Shown here one piece after another: positions 17,886 to 25,608 of a stretch of DNA of 64,000 bases (positions are counted from its first letter, which is position 1; every line of letters begins with the position of its first letter). The stretch spans positions 1,438 to 65,437 of the forward strand of contig JBGCEU010000024.1 in the NCBI GenBank assembly GCA_045106535.1. Reading direction: 5' to 3'. This DNA is from Akkermansiaceae bacterium. GTDB lineage: Bacteria > Verrucomicrobiota > Verrucomicrobiia > Verrucomicrobiales > Akkermansiaceae. A model generated the notes under the pieces. That model saw only the letters and a program-made list of their open reading frames with translations. It made no database searches and had not been told where the DNA came from. Both the position numbers and the translations under genes were made by a program.

Positions 17886-19694
17886 ATGATCACTCTGGCA
17901 AGTATTGAGCTACAAACGATCGACTGGTGTTTTATCATCGGATTTCTAGTTATCGCGCTTGTCATTGGCTATGCTGTATCAAAAAAAGCAGGTTCCAGTT
18001 CATCTGAGTTTTTCCTCTCTGGCCGTGGTATGCCATGGTGGTTGTTAGGATTCTCGATGGTTGCGACTACTTTTTCAACCGACACCCCAAACCTTGTTGC
18101 GGGGCTTGTTCGGGAAAAAGGAGTTGCAGGAAACTGGGCGTGGTGGGCATTTCTCGTAACTGGAATCGTTACTGTCTTCTTTTTTGCTAAACTATGGAGG
18201 CGCTCTGGTGTTCTAACCGATCTGGAGCTCTACAAGATCCGCTACAGCGGTAAGTCGGCAAGTTTTCTCAGAGGTTTCCGCGCTATCTACCTTGGCGTTA
18301 TCATCAACGTTTTCATCATGGCTTCGGTCTCCTTGGCCGCGATCAAAATCGGTGAAACCATGCTGGGGTGGAACCAATATCAGTCGGTCGGGATCGCGAT
18401 GGTCGTCACGGTGATCTTCTCATCGATGGGTGGATTTAAGGGCGTCATCATCACCGATTTTGTTCTCTTCATCATGTCGATGGTAGGATCATTCGGTGCC
18501 GCCTACTTTGCAGTGAACCACGAAGCTGTGGGAGGCTTAAGTAAATTGATCACCCACGAGAACGTGGTCGGCAAGCTATCGATGTATGCCGAAGCTGGAT
18601 CGACCAGTACAGGATTTGCTGCGGTCGGCGGACTTCTGCTCATGCCCTTACTCGTACAGTGGTGGAGTTCATGGTATCCGGGCGCGGAACCAGGTGGCGG
18701 TGGCTACATTGCACAGCGGATGTTAGCGGCCAAAGATGAAGATAATGCCGTGGGATCAGTTTTCTTTTTCCAAGTGGCACACTACGCCATCCGTCCATGG
18801 CCATGGATTCTTGTGGCCTTGGCTTCTCTCGTTATTTACCCCACCGTAGCCGACATCCAGACGGCTTTCCCCAACGCGAATAATGTTGCTGAAGACAGTG
18901 GATACTCGGCGATGCTTGTATTCCTGCCAGCAGGTTGGCTTGGGCTGGTTCTTACTTCATTGATTGCAGCCTACATGTCTACAATCTCAACCCACCTTAA
19001 CTGGGGTGCTTCCTACGTGGTGAATGACTTTTGGAAAGAGTATGTGGAAAAGAACGCCTCTGAAAGACGCCTGGTATGGATCGGGCGTATCGCCACCGTC
19101 ATTATGATGGCGCTTGCTGCGCTGGTTGCCTTTAATCTAACATCTGCAAGTCAGACATTTAATTTACTTGTCAGCCTTGGCGCTGGAACTGGCGGAGTGC
19201 TGCTTGCCCGCTGGTTCTGGTGGCGTGTCAACGCGATTTCAGAAATTGTCGCCATCATTTCCGCTACCATCGTGGCCTTATTCTTCAGCTTTGCCTCAGC
19301 CGGGCAAGAAATGTCAAGCAATGCGGGTCACTGGAGCATTCCACTTCAAGTGGCTATCGTGACTACCGCATGGCTGATCGCCACATTCGTTACCAAGCCA
19401 ACTGATCACAAAATCTTGAAAAAATTCGTGGAACAAACCAATCCAGGCGGAGCTGGATGGCGTGCTGTGCGTGAAGAAGCTATGCGCCAGGGAGAATCCA
19501 TTGATGTACAGGCAAAACCTGTCAACTTTCCGATTGCCTTCCTAGCGACGGTGGCTGGCTGCATGATGGTCTATGGAATGCTTTTCTCCGCTGGCTATTT
19601 CCTATTTGGCGAGAGCACGCTTGGATTTATCTGGTCCGGAGTTGCCGTGGTTTCTGCGATAGTCGTCAAGACCTCATGGCGAAAGCTCAGCTAA
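17886..19694 (+). CDS. Sodium:solute symporter (SSS) family transporter
   Basis: FFLSGRGMPWWLLGFSMVATTFSTDT, GGYIAQRMLAAKDE, AAYMSTISTHLNWGASY; many transmembrane segments. Confidence 0.93.
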   Translation: MITLASIELQTIDWCFIIGFLVIALVIGYAVSKKAGSSSSEFFLSGRGMPWWLLGFSMVATTFSTDTPNLVAGLVREKGVAGNWAWWAFLVTGIVTVFFFAKLWRRSGVLTDLELYKIRYSGKSASFLRGFRAIYLGVIINVFIMASVSLAAIKIGETMLGWNQYQSVGIAMVVTVIFSSMGGFKGVIITDFVLFIMSMVGSFGAAYFAVNHEAVGGLSKLITHENVVGKLSMYAEAGSTSTGFAAVGGLLLMPLLVQWWSSWYPGAEPGGGGYIAQRMLAAKDEDNAVGSVFFFQVAHYAIRPWPWILVALASLVIYPTVADIQTAFPNANNVAEDSGYSAMLVFLPAGWLGLVLTSLIAAYMSTISTHLNWGASYVVNDFWKEYVEKNASERRLVWIGRIATVIMMALAALVAFNLTSASQTFNLLVSLGAGTGGVLLARWFWWRVNAISEIVAIISATIVALFFSFASAGQEMSSNAGHWSIPLQVAIVTTAWLIATFVTKPTDHKILKKFVEQTNPGGAGWRAVREEAMRQGESIDVQAKPVNFPIAFLATVAGCMMVYGMLFSAGYFLFGESTLGFIWSGVAVVSAIVVKTSWRKLS

Positions 19695-19709
19695 CTACTC
19701 AACAGAGAC

Positions 19710-19852
19710 AAAAAGGCCCCGGGAGCTTGGAGGCATCCCGGGGCATTTGGATATTTCAGTTCCTTACACGCTGATGTTTGGAAATCTGACAACTGCAACT
19801 GTTGTGTTCACCCTTAGTTTGTGTGATTGAACCCCGAAGATTACGGCGTTCA
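19710..19852 (-). ncRNA. Candidate sRNA A (ECF-promoter, GGGUGAA family)
   Basis: Promoter at 19858-19888, 5' hairpin at 19828-19852, GGGTGAAC at 19806-19813, GCAGTTGTCAG at 19786-19796 and terminator at 19711-19745, all matching unit B. Confidence 0.6.
19711..19745 (-). terminator. Intrinsic terminator of candidate sRNA A
   Basis: Minus strand GCCCCGGGA-TGCCTCCAAGC-TCCCGGGGC-CTTTT. Confidence 0.8.
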
Positions 19853-19857
19853 GGATA

Positions 19858-19888
19858 CATAGACCCCCCACTTTAGTATCCGTTCAAA
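19858..19888 (-). promoter_or_regulatory. ECF-type promoter (copy A)
   Basis: Minus strand TTTGAAC-G-gatactaaagtgggg-GGTCTATG; same spacing as the copies at 23144 and 23462. Confidence 0.75.
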
Positions 19889-19994
19889 GAAAATTAGGAT
19901 TTCCTTTCTTTTCGTGTCTAATGATAGTCTTAACGACTCGATAACCCTTTGTTTCCAAGCAATTTCGCGAATCCCTCCGCTTGAAAAAAATACA

Positions 19995-20768
19995 TCAGGG
20001 CTTCAATAATTGGATAATACCCGACACGGGACGGTGATCAGACGCCACTTTTTCCGCGATCACTTTGCTTGTGCTCCCCTTTTGCTGAAGATTACGCGTC
20101 ATGATGTAATCGATTTCGCTAGTCGGCTCACTCGCTGGAATAGTTAGCGATAAACCAACTTTAGGGAGGATATGCCATGATTCTTTAATCATTTTCATCG
20201 TCCGCGAGTCAGGTTTCGCGTTGAAATCGCCTGCCACGATCAATGGATGCTTACGCGGATGAAGCGCGCCGTTCATTGCCATCGCCTGAAGCATACGAGC
20301 TTCTCTATCCTTGTGGTGAAAGTGGATGCTCGCGAATGAGATGAAGGCTCCATCAATCTCTATCAGAACCTCCAGCACAACTCTCGCCTCACCTGGACCG
20401 GGAAGCTTATGCACCGTAGATTTTTTGATTGGAAACTTGGAGAGCACAGCATTTCCATACTGACCTCCGTCCAGGTCGATCGTTTTACCGAACGCGTGAT
20501 GCATACCTAGCAGTTCGGCGAGTTTTTTAGCCTGATCGATATTTCCGCTACGCGGCACATTGATATCGACCTCTTGTAAGGCAACCAGATCCGGCTTCTC
20601 TTTACGGATCACGTCCGCGATACGTTTGAGATCAAGCTTCCCATCCATGCCCTTGCCGTGATGGATATTGTAGGAAACGACTTTCAGTTCTTTGGCTTGG
20701 AGAGATGTCATCATCAAAAGCAATATGCACAGAATACGCATGGCTACAGAGTATGGGATGAACCGCAA
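19995..20768 (-). CDS. Endonuclease/exonuclease/phosphatase-family secreted protein
   Basis: SYNIHHG, DLVALQEVD, YGNAVLSKFP, GDFNA, IDYI and SDHRPV; start may be MRILC at 20741. Confidence 0.92.
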   Translation of the reverse strand: MRFIPYSVAMRILCILLLMMTSLQAKELKVVSYNIHHGKGMDGKLDLKRIADVIRKEKPDLVALQEVDINVPRSGNIDQAKKLAELLGMHHAFGKTIDLDGGQYGNAVLSKFPIKKSTVHKLPGPGEARVVLEVLIEIDGAFISFASIHFHHKDREARMLQAMAMNGALHPRKHPLIVAGDFNAKPDSRTMKMIKESWHILPKVGLSLTIPASEPTSEIDYIMTRNLQQKGSTSKVIAEKVASDHRPVSGIIQLLKP

Positions 20769-20811
20769 ATGTCTTGCGAATTCTGCCTGAGACGACTAAA
20801 TCCGCGCAGAC

Positions 20812-21663
20812 ATGGCAGGATTTTTTAAGAAGTTACTCAACAAGGTCACCAATACAGCGGAGATCGACTGGGACGAACTCGAGGCCGACCTTATCGGCGC
20901 TGATCTGGGTGCGCGCACGACGATGGCGATTATCGATGACCTGCAAGACATGGGGCGCAAGATCTCCGGTGAGGACGTGGTGGATGTTTGCAAACAGCAC
21001 ATCGCCAAGATCCTGAAAGACGCACCCCCTGCCCTGACTCCACGCAGCGATGGAAAACCGGTCGTCATCCTCGTGGTCGGGGTGAACGGAACTGGAAAAA
21101 CTACCTCATCGGCGAAACTAGCCAATCTGCTCAAGAATCAAGGTCACTCAGTCATGCTTGCCGCCGCTGACACCTTCCGTGCAGCAGCCGTTGAGCAGCT
21201 CGCCACCTGGGGTGAGCGACTGGACATCCCAGTGGTCAAGGGTGCACACAATGCCGACCCTTCATCGGTTTGCTACACGGCTCATCAGCAAGCCATTACC
21301 AACGGCACACAGTTTCTTATATGCGATACTGCCGGACGGATTCACACCCGCCACAACCTGATGCAAGAGCTTGGAAAAATCGAACGAACCATCAGCAAAC
21401 AGGACGAAAATGCTCCGCACGTAAAGCTGCTAGTCGTGGACGCGACCACTGGTGGCAATGCACTCGCTCAGGCTAAGGAATTTAACAAAGCCATCGAACT
21501 CGACGGCCTGATCGTCACCAAGATGGATGGATCAGGAAAAGGAGGCGTCGCAGTGCTCATTCAGCAAGAGCTGGACATCCCGACTCATTTCATCGGCCTC
21601 GGCGAAGAACCTGAGCAGTTTCAGAAATTTGAGAAAGAGGATTTCGTGAACGGCATCTTCTAA
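20812..21663 (+). CDS. ftsY: Signal recognition particle receptor FtsY (NG domain only)
   Basis: GVNGTGKTTS, AADTFRAAA, DTAGR, DATTGGNA, TKMDGSGKGG. Confidence 0.96.
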   Translation: MAGFFKKLLNKVTNTAEIDWDELEADLIGADLGARTTMAIIDDLQDMGRKISGEDVVDVCKQHIAKILKDAPPALTPRSDGKPVVILVVGVNGTGKTTSSAKLANLLKNQGHSVMLAAADTFRAAAVEQLATWGERLDIPVVKGAHNADPSSVCYTAHQQAITNGTQFLICDTAGRIHTRHNLMQELGKIERTISKQDENAPHVKLLVVDATTGGNALAQAKEFNKAIELDGLIVTKMDGSGKGGVAVLIQQELDIPTHFIGLGEEPEQFQKFEKEDFVNGIF

Positions 21664-21668
21664 GGAGT

Positions 21669-21771
21669 GGGGACACTCTTGTCCCCGGCTCACTGTCGTG
21701 CGAGTAGTGCCGTAGAAACGGTTTTCAACCGTTTTGCCGAACCGGCAAGAGCTTGAAAAGCTCTTCTACGG
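21669..21771. repeat. REP-like composite: one hairpin plus an inverted GTAG-type REP doublet
   Basis: GGGGACA-CTCT-TGTCCCC (21669-21686); CCGTAGAA-ACGG-TTTTCAA-CCGT-TT (21710-21734) and an inverted CCGTAGAA-GAGC-TTTTCAA-GCTC-TT (21747-21771), with spacer hairpin GCCG-AAC-CGGC. Confidence 0.75.
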
Positions 21772-21798
21772 TGGAGGCCGTATAGCACGGGGCTGTCC

Positions 21799-23049
21799 CT
21801 AAAAATTCATCCGCCCAATGTCCGTGCGTTTCTGGGCACCATCGAAGCTGACTTTTTCTAACTCAGCATAAGCGGCATCAACCGCTGAGATCCGGTCTTC
21901 CCCACCAGCCACCACGGCAAGCACTCTACCGCCGTTTGTTTCCCAGTCGCCGTTTTCATTACGGCGGGTTCCTGCGTGATAGACACGGGCGTTAGAAACT
22001 TCATCAAGTCCGGAAATCACATCACCGCTGCGTGAACTAGCGGGGTACCCTGTACTGGCGAGTATCAGGCAGACACTCCAGCCTTCGTCGAAACTGAGCA
22101 GCTCAGGTTTCATCTCGCCTTTGGCCGCAGCGAGACAGAATGATGCGATGTCACCTTTTACTAACGGCATGACGGCCTGGCACTCGGGATCGCCAAAGCG
22201 GCAGTTATACTCGATAATTTTTGGGCCGTCTGGCGTCATCATCAGACCGAAGTAAAGGTAACCGCGATAGGGTAGCCCATCCTTGATTAAGCCGTCTACT
22301 GTCGGCTGCACGATTGTTTTTTCAATCGTCGCTAGCGTTTCGGCATCGATTAGCTGCCTGCTCGCCACCGCACCCATGCCACCTGTGTTAGGGCCTTCAT
22401 CGTTATCACCGATGCGTTTGTAATCGCGAGCCGGTGTGAAAATCAAATACTTGTCATCACAGACAGCCGCGAAAATAGATACCTCTGGACCAGTCAGGCA
22501 TTCTTCGACTAGCAGCCGACCTTCTCCAAACTTGCGCTCAACCAGCACCTCGTTAAGAAATTCCTCGGCGCTCGTCTCGTCCTCGCAGACAGCAACACCT
22601 TTTCCAGCAGCCAGACCATCGAACTTTAGCACTGTAGGATATTTCCCAGAAATCGCCGTCCGTGCTTCGTCGATGTCCGCGCATCCTGTCGCCGCTCCAG
22701 TCGGAATTCCGTGCTTGAGCATGAATTCCTTGGCAAACTCCTTGCTCGCCTCAAGCTGCGCCGACTGCTTATGTGGCCCCCAGCATGGAATTCCTGCTTT
22801 TTCACACAGGTTGGCGAGTCCTTCATCCTTCACCAGATAGCTTTCCTCACCTGCGACACAGAGATCGATTTCATTCTCACTCATCCAGTCAATCAAACTG
22901 TGCAATCCATCCACCTCAACGCTCTGTGCCAATGCTGAAATGGCATCACTTCCGGGAAAACAGTAAATTTCTGTCTCCACGGGAGATTCGTCCAATGCGG
23001 TGATCAATGCGTGCTCACGCCCTCCTTTTCCTACTACGAGAATTTTCAT
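21799..23049 (-). CDS. purD: Phosphoribosylamine--glycine ligase
   Basis: MKILVVGKGGREHA, LEASKEFAK, DGLAAGKGV, DYKRIGDNDEGPNTGGMGA, EYNCRFGDPE, TNGGRVL. Confidence 0.97.
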   Translation of the reverse strand: MKILVVGKGGREHALITALDESPVETEIYCFPGSDAISALAQSVEVDGLHSLIDWMSENEIDLCVAGEESYLVKDEGLANLCEKAGIPCWGPHKQSAQLEASKEFAKEFMLKHGIPTGAATGCADIDEARTAISGKYPTVLKFDGLAAGKGVAVCEDETSAEEFLNEVLVERKFGEGRLLVEECLTGPEVSIFAAVCDDKYLIFTPARDYKRIGDNDEGPNTGGMGAVASRQLIDAETLATIEKTIVQPTVDGLIKDGLPYRGYLYFGLMMTPDGPKIIEYNCRFGDPECQAVMPLVKGDIASFCLAAAKGEMKPELLSFDEGWSVCLILASTGYPASSRSGDVISGLDEVSNARVYHAGTRRNENGDWETNGGRVLAVVAGGEDRISAVDAAYAELEKVSFDGAQKRTDIGRMNF

Positions 23050-23143
23050 CGCCGCTAATGAAGCGAACCAAGAGCCCGCTAGCAAGCTGTTTGCGCAAGG
23101 AAATACAGCATTCCCAAGGAATCTGAAATTTTTTTACGGAAAG

Positions 23144-23174
23144 TTTGAACGTCTATGAACATTGACGGTCTATG
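23144..23174 (+). promoter_or_regulatory. ECF-type promoter (copy B)
   Basis: TTTGAAC-G-tctatgaacattgac-GGTCTATG. Confidence 0.75.
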
Positions 23175-23180
23175 TTTTCT

Positions 23181-23380
23181 GAATGACGCGAGTTGTGTCG
23201 CATCATTCGGGTGAACTAAAGCAGTTGTCAGCTTCTCGCGAAGTGATGTTGTCAGCGTCACTGAGCAAAACAATCAGCCGGACTAGGTTCCCTCCCAAAG
23301 TAACCCCCTCCAGCCTACGATTAAACACCAGGAAGTTGATTCAAAAAGCCCCAGGAGTCCTCCAACTCCTGGGGCTTTTA
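23181..23380 (+). ncRNA. Candidate sRNA B
   Basis: 5' hairpin at 23181-23208, GGGTGAAC at 23209-23216, GCAGTTGTCAG at 23221-23231, C-rich CCTCC motifs, terminator at 23348-23380. Confidence 0.62.
23343..23380 (+). terminator. Intrinsic (possibly bidirectional) terminator of candidate sRNA B
   Basis: AAAAA-GCCCCAGGAGT-CCTCCA-ACTCCTGGGGC-TTTT. Confidence 0.85.
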
Positions 23381-23461
23381 CGTTTTTACAGCTCTCGTTT
23401 CAGTGCAGAATCCCTTTAGATTCATTGATTTTCTCACAAATCGAAAAAAAACACGAAAAAC

Positions 23462-23492
23462 TTTGAACATACTCTCGAGTCGAGGGTCTATG
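23462..23492 (+). promoter_or_regulatory. ECF-type promoter (copy C)
   Basis: TTTGAAC-A-tactctcgagtcgag-GGTCTATG. Confidence 0.75.
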
Positions 23493-23495
23493 GCT

Positions 23496-23652
23496 AACGT
23501 GGGACGCAATGCGCACCACATTTCATGTAAGGGTGAAATCATAGTTTCATGCTCTAGCCCGAGTTCAAAGAGTCCCCTCTCGAGAACACAAGGCAGAGTA
23601 AGATTCAAAAATCGGCTCCAAGGAGATTCCTGTCTCTCCTTGGGGTTTTTTT
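23496..23652 (+). ncRNA. Candidate sRNA C
   Basis: 5' hairpin GTGG..CGC-AAT-GCG..CCAC, AAGGGTGAA at 23529-23537, terminator at 23615-23652. Confidence 0.58.
23615..23652 (+). terminator. Intrinsic terminator of candidate sRNA C
   Basis: CCAAGGAGA (23618-23626) pairs with TCTCCTTGG (23635-23643), followed by GG and a run of 7 T. Confidence 0.85.
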
Positions 23653-23746
23653 GTATCCAGATATCAGATGATGAGGTCGTCATAGGGCTGATTACTGCCA
23701 CTAGGCGTGAAACGATCATTTTTGCCTGAAATACTAGGCTTTAGGG

Positions 23747-23775
23747 TTGCTACATCGCATTTCTCTCACTAGATT
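23747..23775 (+). promoter_or_regulatory. Sigma70-type promoter for the ppiD-like gene
   Basis: TTGCTA-N17-TAGATT. Confidence 0.5.
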
Positions 23776-23826
23776 CCCGCGCCTGTCCGCATCGCCGTGG
23801 CAGCAAACCATACCCATTTTTCTATC

Positions 23827-25563
23827 ATGATTGAAAGCATGCGCAAATACACTGGTCTTATGATCGTCGTTTTCATCCTGCTCGGTGCAGGGTTCCTATT
23901 CACTATGAACGACATCGGCACCGGTAGTGGCTCGGGTGGTGGAAGTGGCCCAGCTGTTCTTGAAGTGTACGGCCAGTCGATTGACGAGCAGGAGTATTAC
24001 CGCCGAGGTGATCGCACCTTGCAGCTTGCAAGCGAACTCGGATTACATAACTACGTTAACTTCCTGATCATTCCAGATATTCAGCAGCTAATGCAAGCGA
24101 ATCAGCTCATGCGTATGGGATATCCCAATTATTATGTCACAATGAGCCGTAACATCGGCCAGCAAGATCTTAACCGGTTCATTGCTAACCGCATGACCTT
24201 GCAACGCTCAATGGGAGAAATGGGTCTCTACGCGAGCGAGGAAGAAGTGACCGATTTCCTCAAAACATCTCCGCGTTTTGCTCCGACTGGCCAGTACGAT
24301 GCTGGCGAGTATGCATCATTTGTCGACAAACGTCTTGGTCGCCTCGGAATGACTGAAAAACACCTTCGTGAGGTTGTTCGCGAAAGCCTCTGCCTTAGCA
24401 AGCTCATTCAACTCGTTGGATCAGGTCTGACAGCCCCTCGCTCGTCTGTGAAGGATCAATTGGAAGCGAGAAGCCAAACTGTAACCCTCGCTCGTGTGGT
24501 GTTGAATCGTGACGATTTTGTAGAAAAAGAAGACCCGACTGAGGAAGAAATCAAAACCTACTGGGAAGCACATAAAGACGCTTACAAAACCGAAGAGCAA
24601 CGCCGCATTGCATACATCCTCCTTGACGTTCCCAAAGACGAAACCAAGGATGACAAAAAAGATGACAAGGCTGCTGAGGGCACCGTTGAGAGCGATGCTG
24701 AAAAAGATCGTAAGGCTGCCGAAGATGCAGCGAAAAAAACTGCTGAAGAAGAAAAGAAGAAAGCTCGCACTGCGGTAATGCGCAAAATCGAAGCTGTATC
24801 TGACTCCATTATTCAGAAGATCAACGACAAACAAGAGCTCAAGCTTGAGGAAATTGTAAAACAACACGGAGAAGCGTTAGTCAGAACTGAGCTGTTCACT
24901 CGTTCCGCTCCGCCAGAAAAACTCAAAGGGCTAGTCATGAGAGGTGGCACTTCACGAGGCAAAAGTCTGACTGAAGAAATCTTCACCATGCCCATGACCT
25001 CAGACAAGTATGACCTTGTTTCCAAACCCCTGCCCGTCGGTGAAAACGCTTGGATTATTTTCCGGCTTGATGAAGTTATCGAGCCTGTGCTGCTTGACTA
25101 CACAGCGGCACGCGGCAAGGCACGCGCTAATCTCATTGGAGAAAATGCCACCGAGAAAGTGAAAGCTGCTGCTGACGAAGCCAGAGAAAAAATTTCCGCT
25201 GCTTTAGTAGAGGGTAAGAGTTTTGATGATGCCGCCAAAGAGCTTGCTCTAACACCAGTACAGGTTGGCCCTTACTCCTTTGACGGCATACCTCCAAAAA
25301 ACGAGCCTAGCCATCGCCAGCTGCACCAAACAGCTCAAGGCCTGAACCCCGGACAAGTATCAGAGGCAATCCACGAGAACGATCGTTCTGTTATTATTTT
25401 TGTAGAAAAGCGTGAAATCGAAGATACAGAAGAAAACAAGAATAGAATCGACTCCATGGTAACTGGCTCAAAGGGAGAATTCATGGTTCGTACATTTTTG
25501 AACTGGCGTAACACCCAGTTCAACGAAGCCAAACTCAGCGGACCTTTCACTGAAAAGAAATAG
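23827..25563 (+). CDS. SurA N-terminal domain / PpiD-like periplasmic chaperone
   Basis: MIESMRKYTGLMIVVFILL membrane anchor, SEEEV..FL, PTEEEIKTYWEAHKDAYKTEEQRRIAYI; PpiD-like layout. Confidence 0.75.
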   Translation: MIESMRKYTGLMIVVFILLGAGFLFTMNDIGTGSGSGGGSGPAVLEVYGQSIDEQEYYRRGDRTLQLASELGLHNYVNFLIIPDIQQLMQANQLMRMGYPNYYVTMSRNIGQQDLNRFIANRMTLQRSMGEMGLYASEEEVTDFLKTSPRFAPTGQYDAGEYASFVDKRLGRLGMTEKHLREVVRESLCLSKLIQLVGSGLTAPRSSVKDQLEARSQTVTLARVVLNRDDFVEKEDPTEEEIKTYWEAHKDAYKTEEQRRIAYILLDVPKDETKDDKKDDKAAEGTVESDAEKDRKAAEDAAKKTAEEEKKKARTAVMRKIEAVSDSIIQKINDKQELKLEEIVKQHGEALVRTELFTRSAPPEKLKGLVMRGGTSRGKSLTEEIFTMPMTSDKYDLVSKPLPVGENAWIIFRLDEVIEPVLLDYTAARGKARANLIGENATEKVKAAADEAREKISAALVEGKSFDDAAKELALTPVQVGPYSFDGIPPKNEPSHRQLHQTAQGLNPGQVSEAIHENDRSVIIFVEKREIEDTEENKNRIDSMVTGSKGEFMVRTFLNWRNTQFNEAKLSGPFTEKK

Positions 25564-25608
25564 AATAGGTACACATTTTGTTGCCTTTCACCCCTCTGTC
25601 TAACTGAC

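Noticed and set aside
19764-19860. Small ORFs in unit A (15-aa MNTTVAVVRFPNISV at 19764-19811; 34-aa ORF from ATG 19860)
   Set aside because: The equivalent GTG in B and C stops after 2-3 codons, and ATG 19860 lies inside the -10 box. Not excluded as a dual-function peptide, but unsupported.
23378-23729. Two overlapping ~110-aa ORFs (23403-23729 plus, 23378-23719 minus)
   Set aside because: No protein motifs; they run through a promoter and an intrinsic terminator, so the region is better explained as non-coding RNA units.
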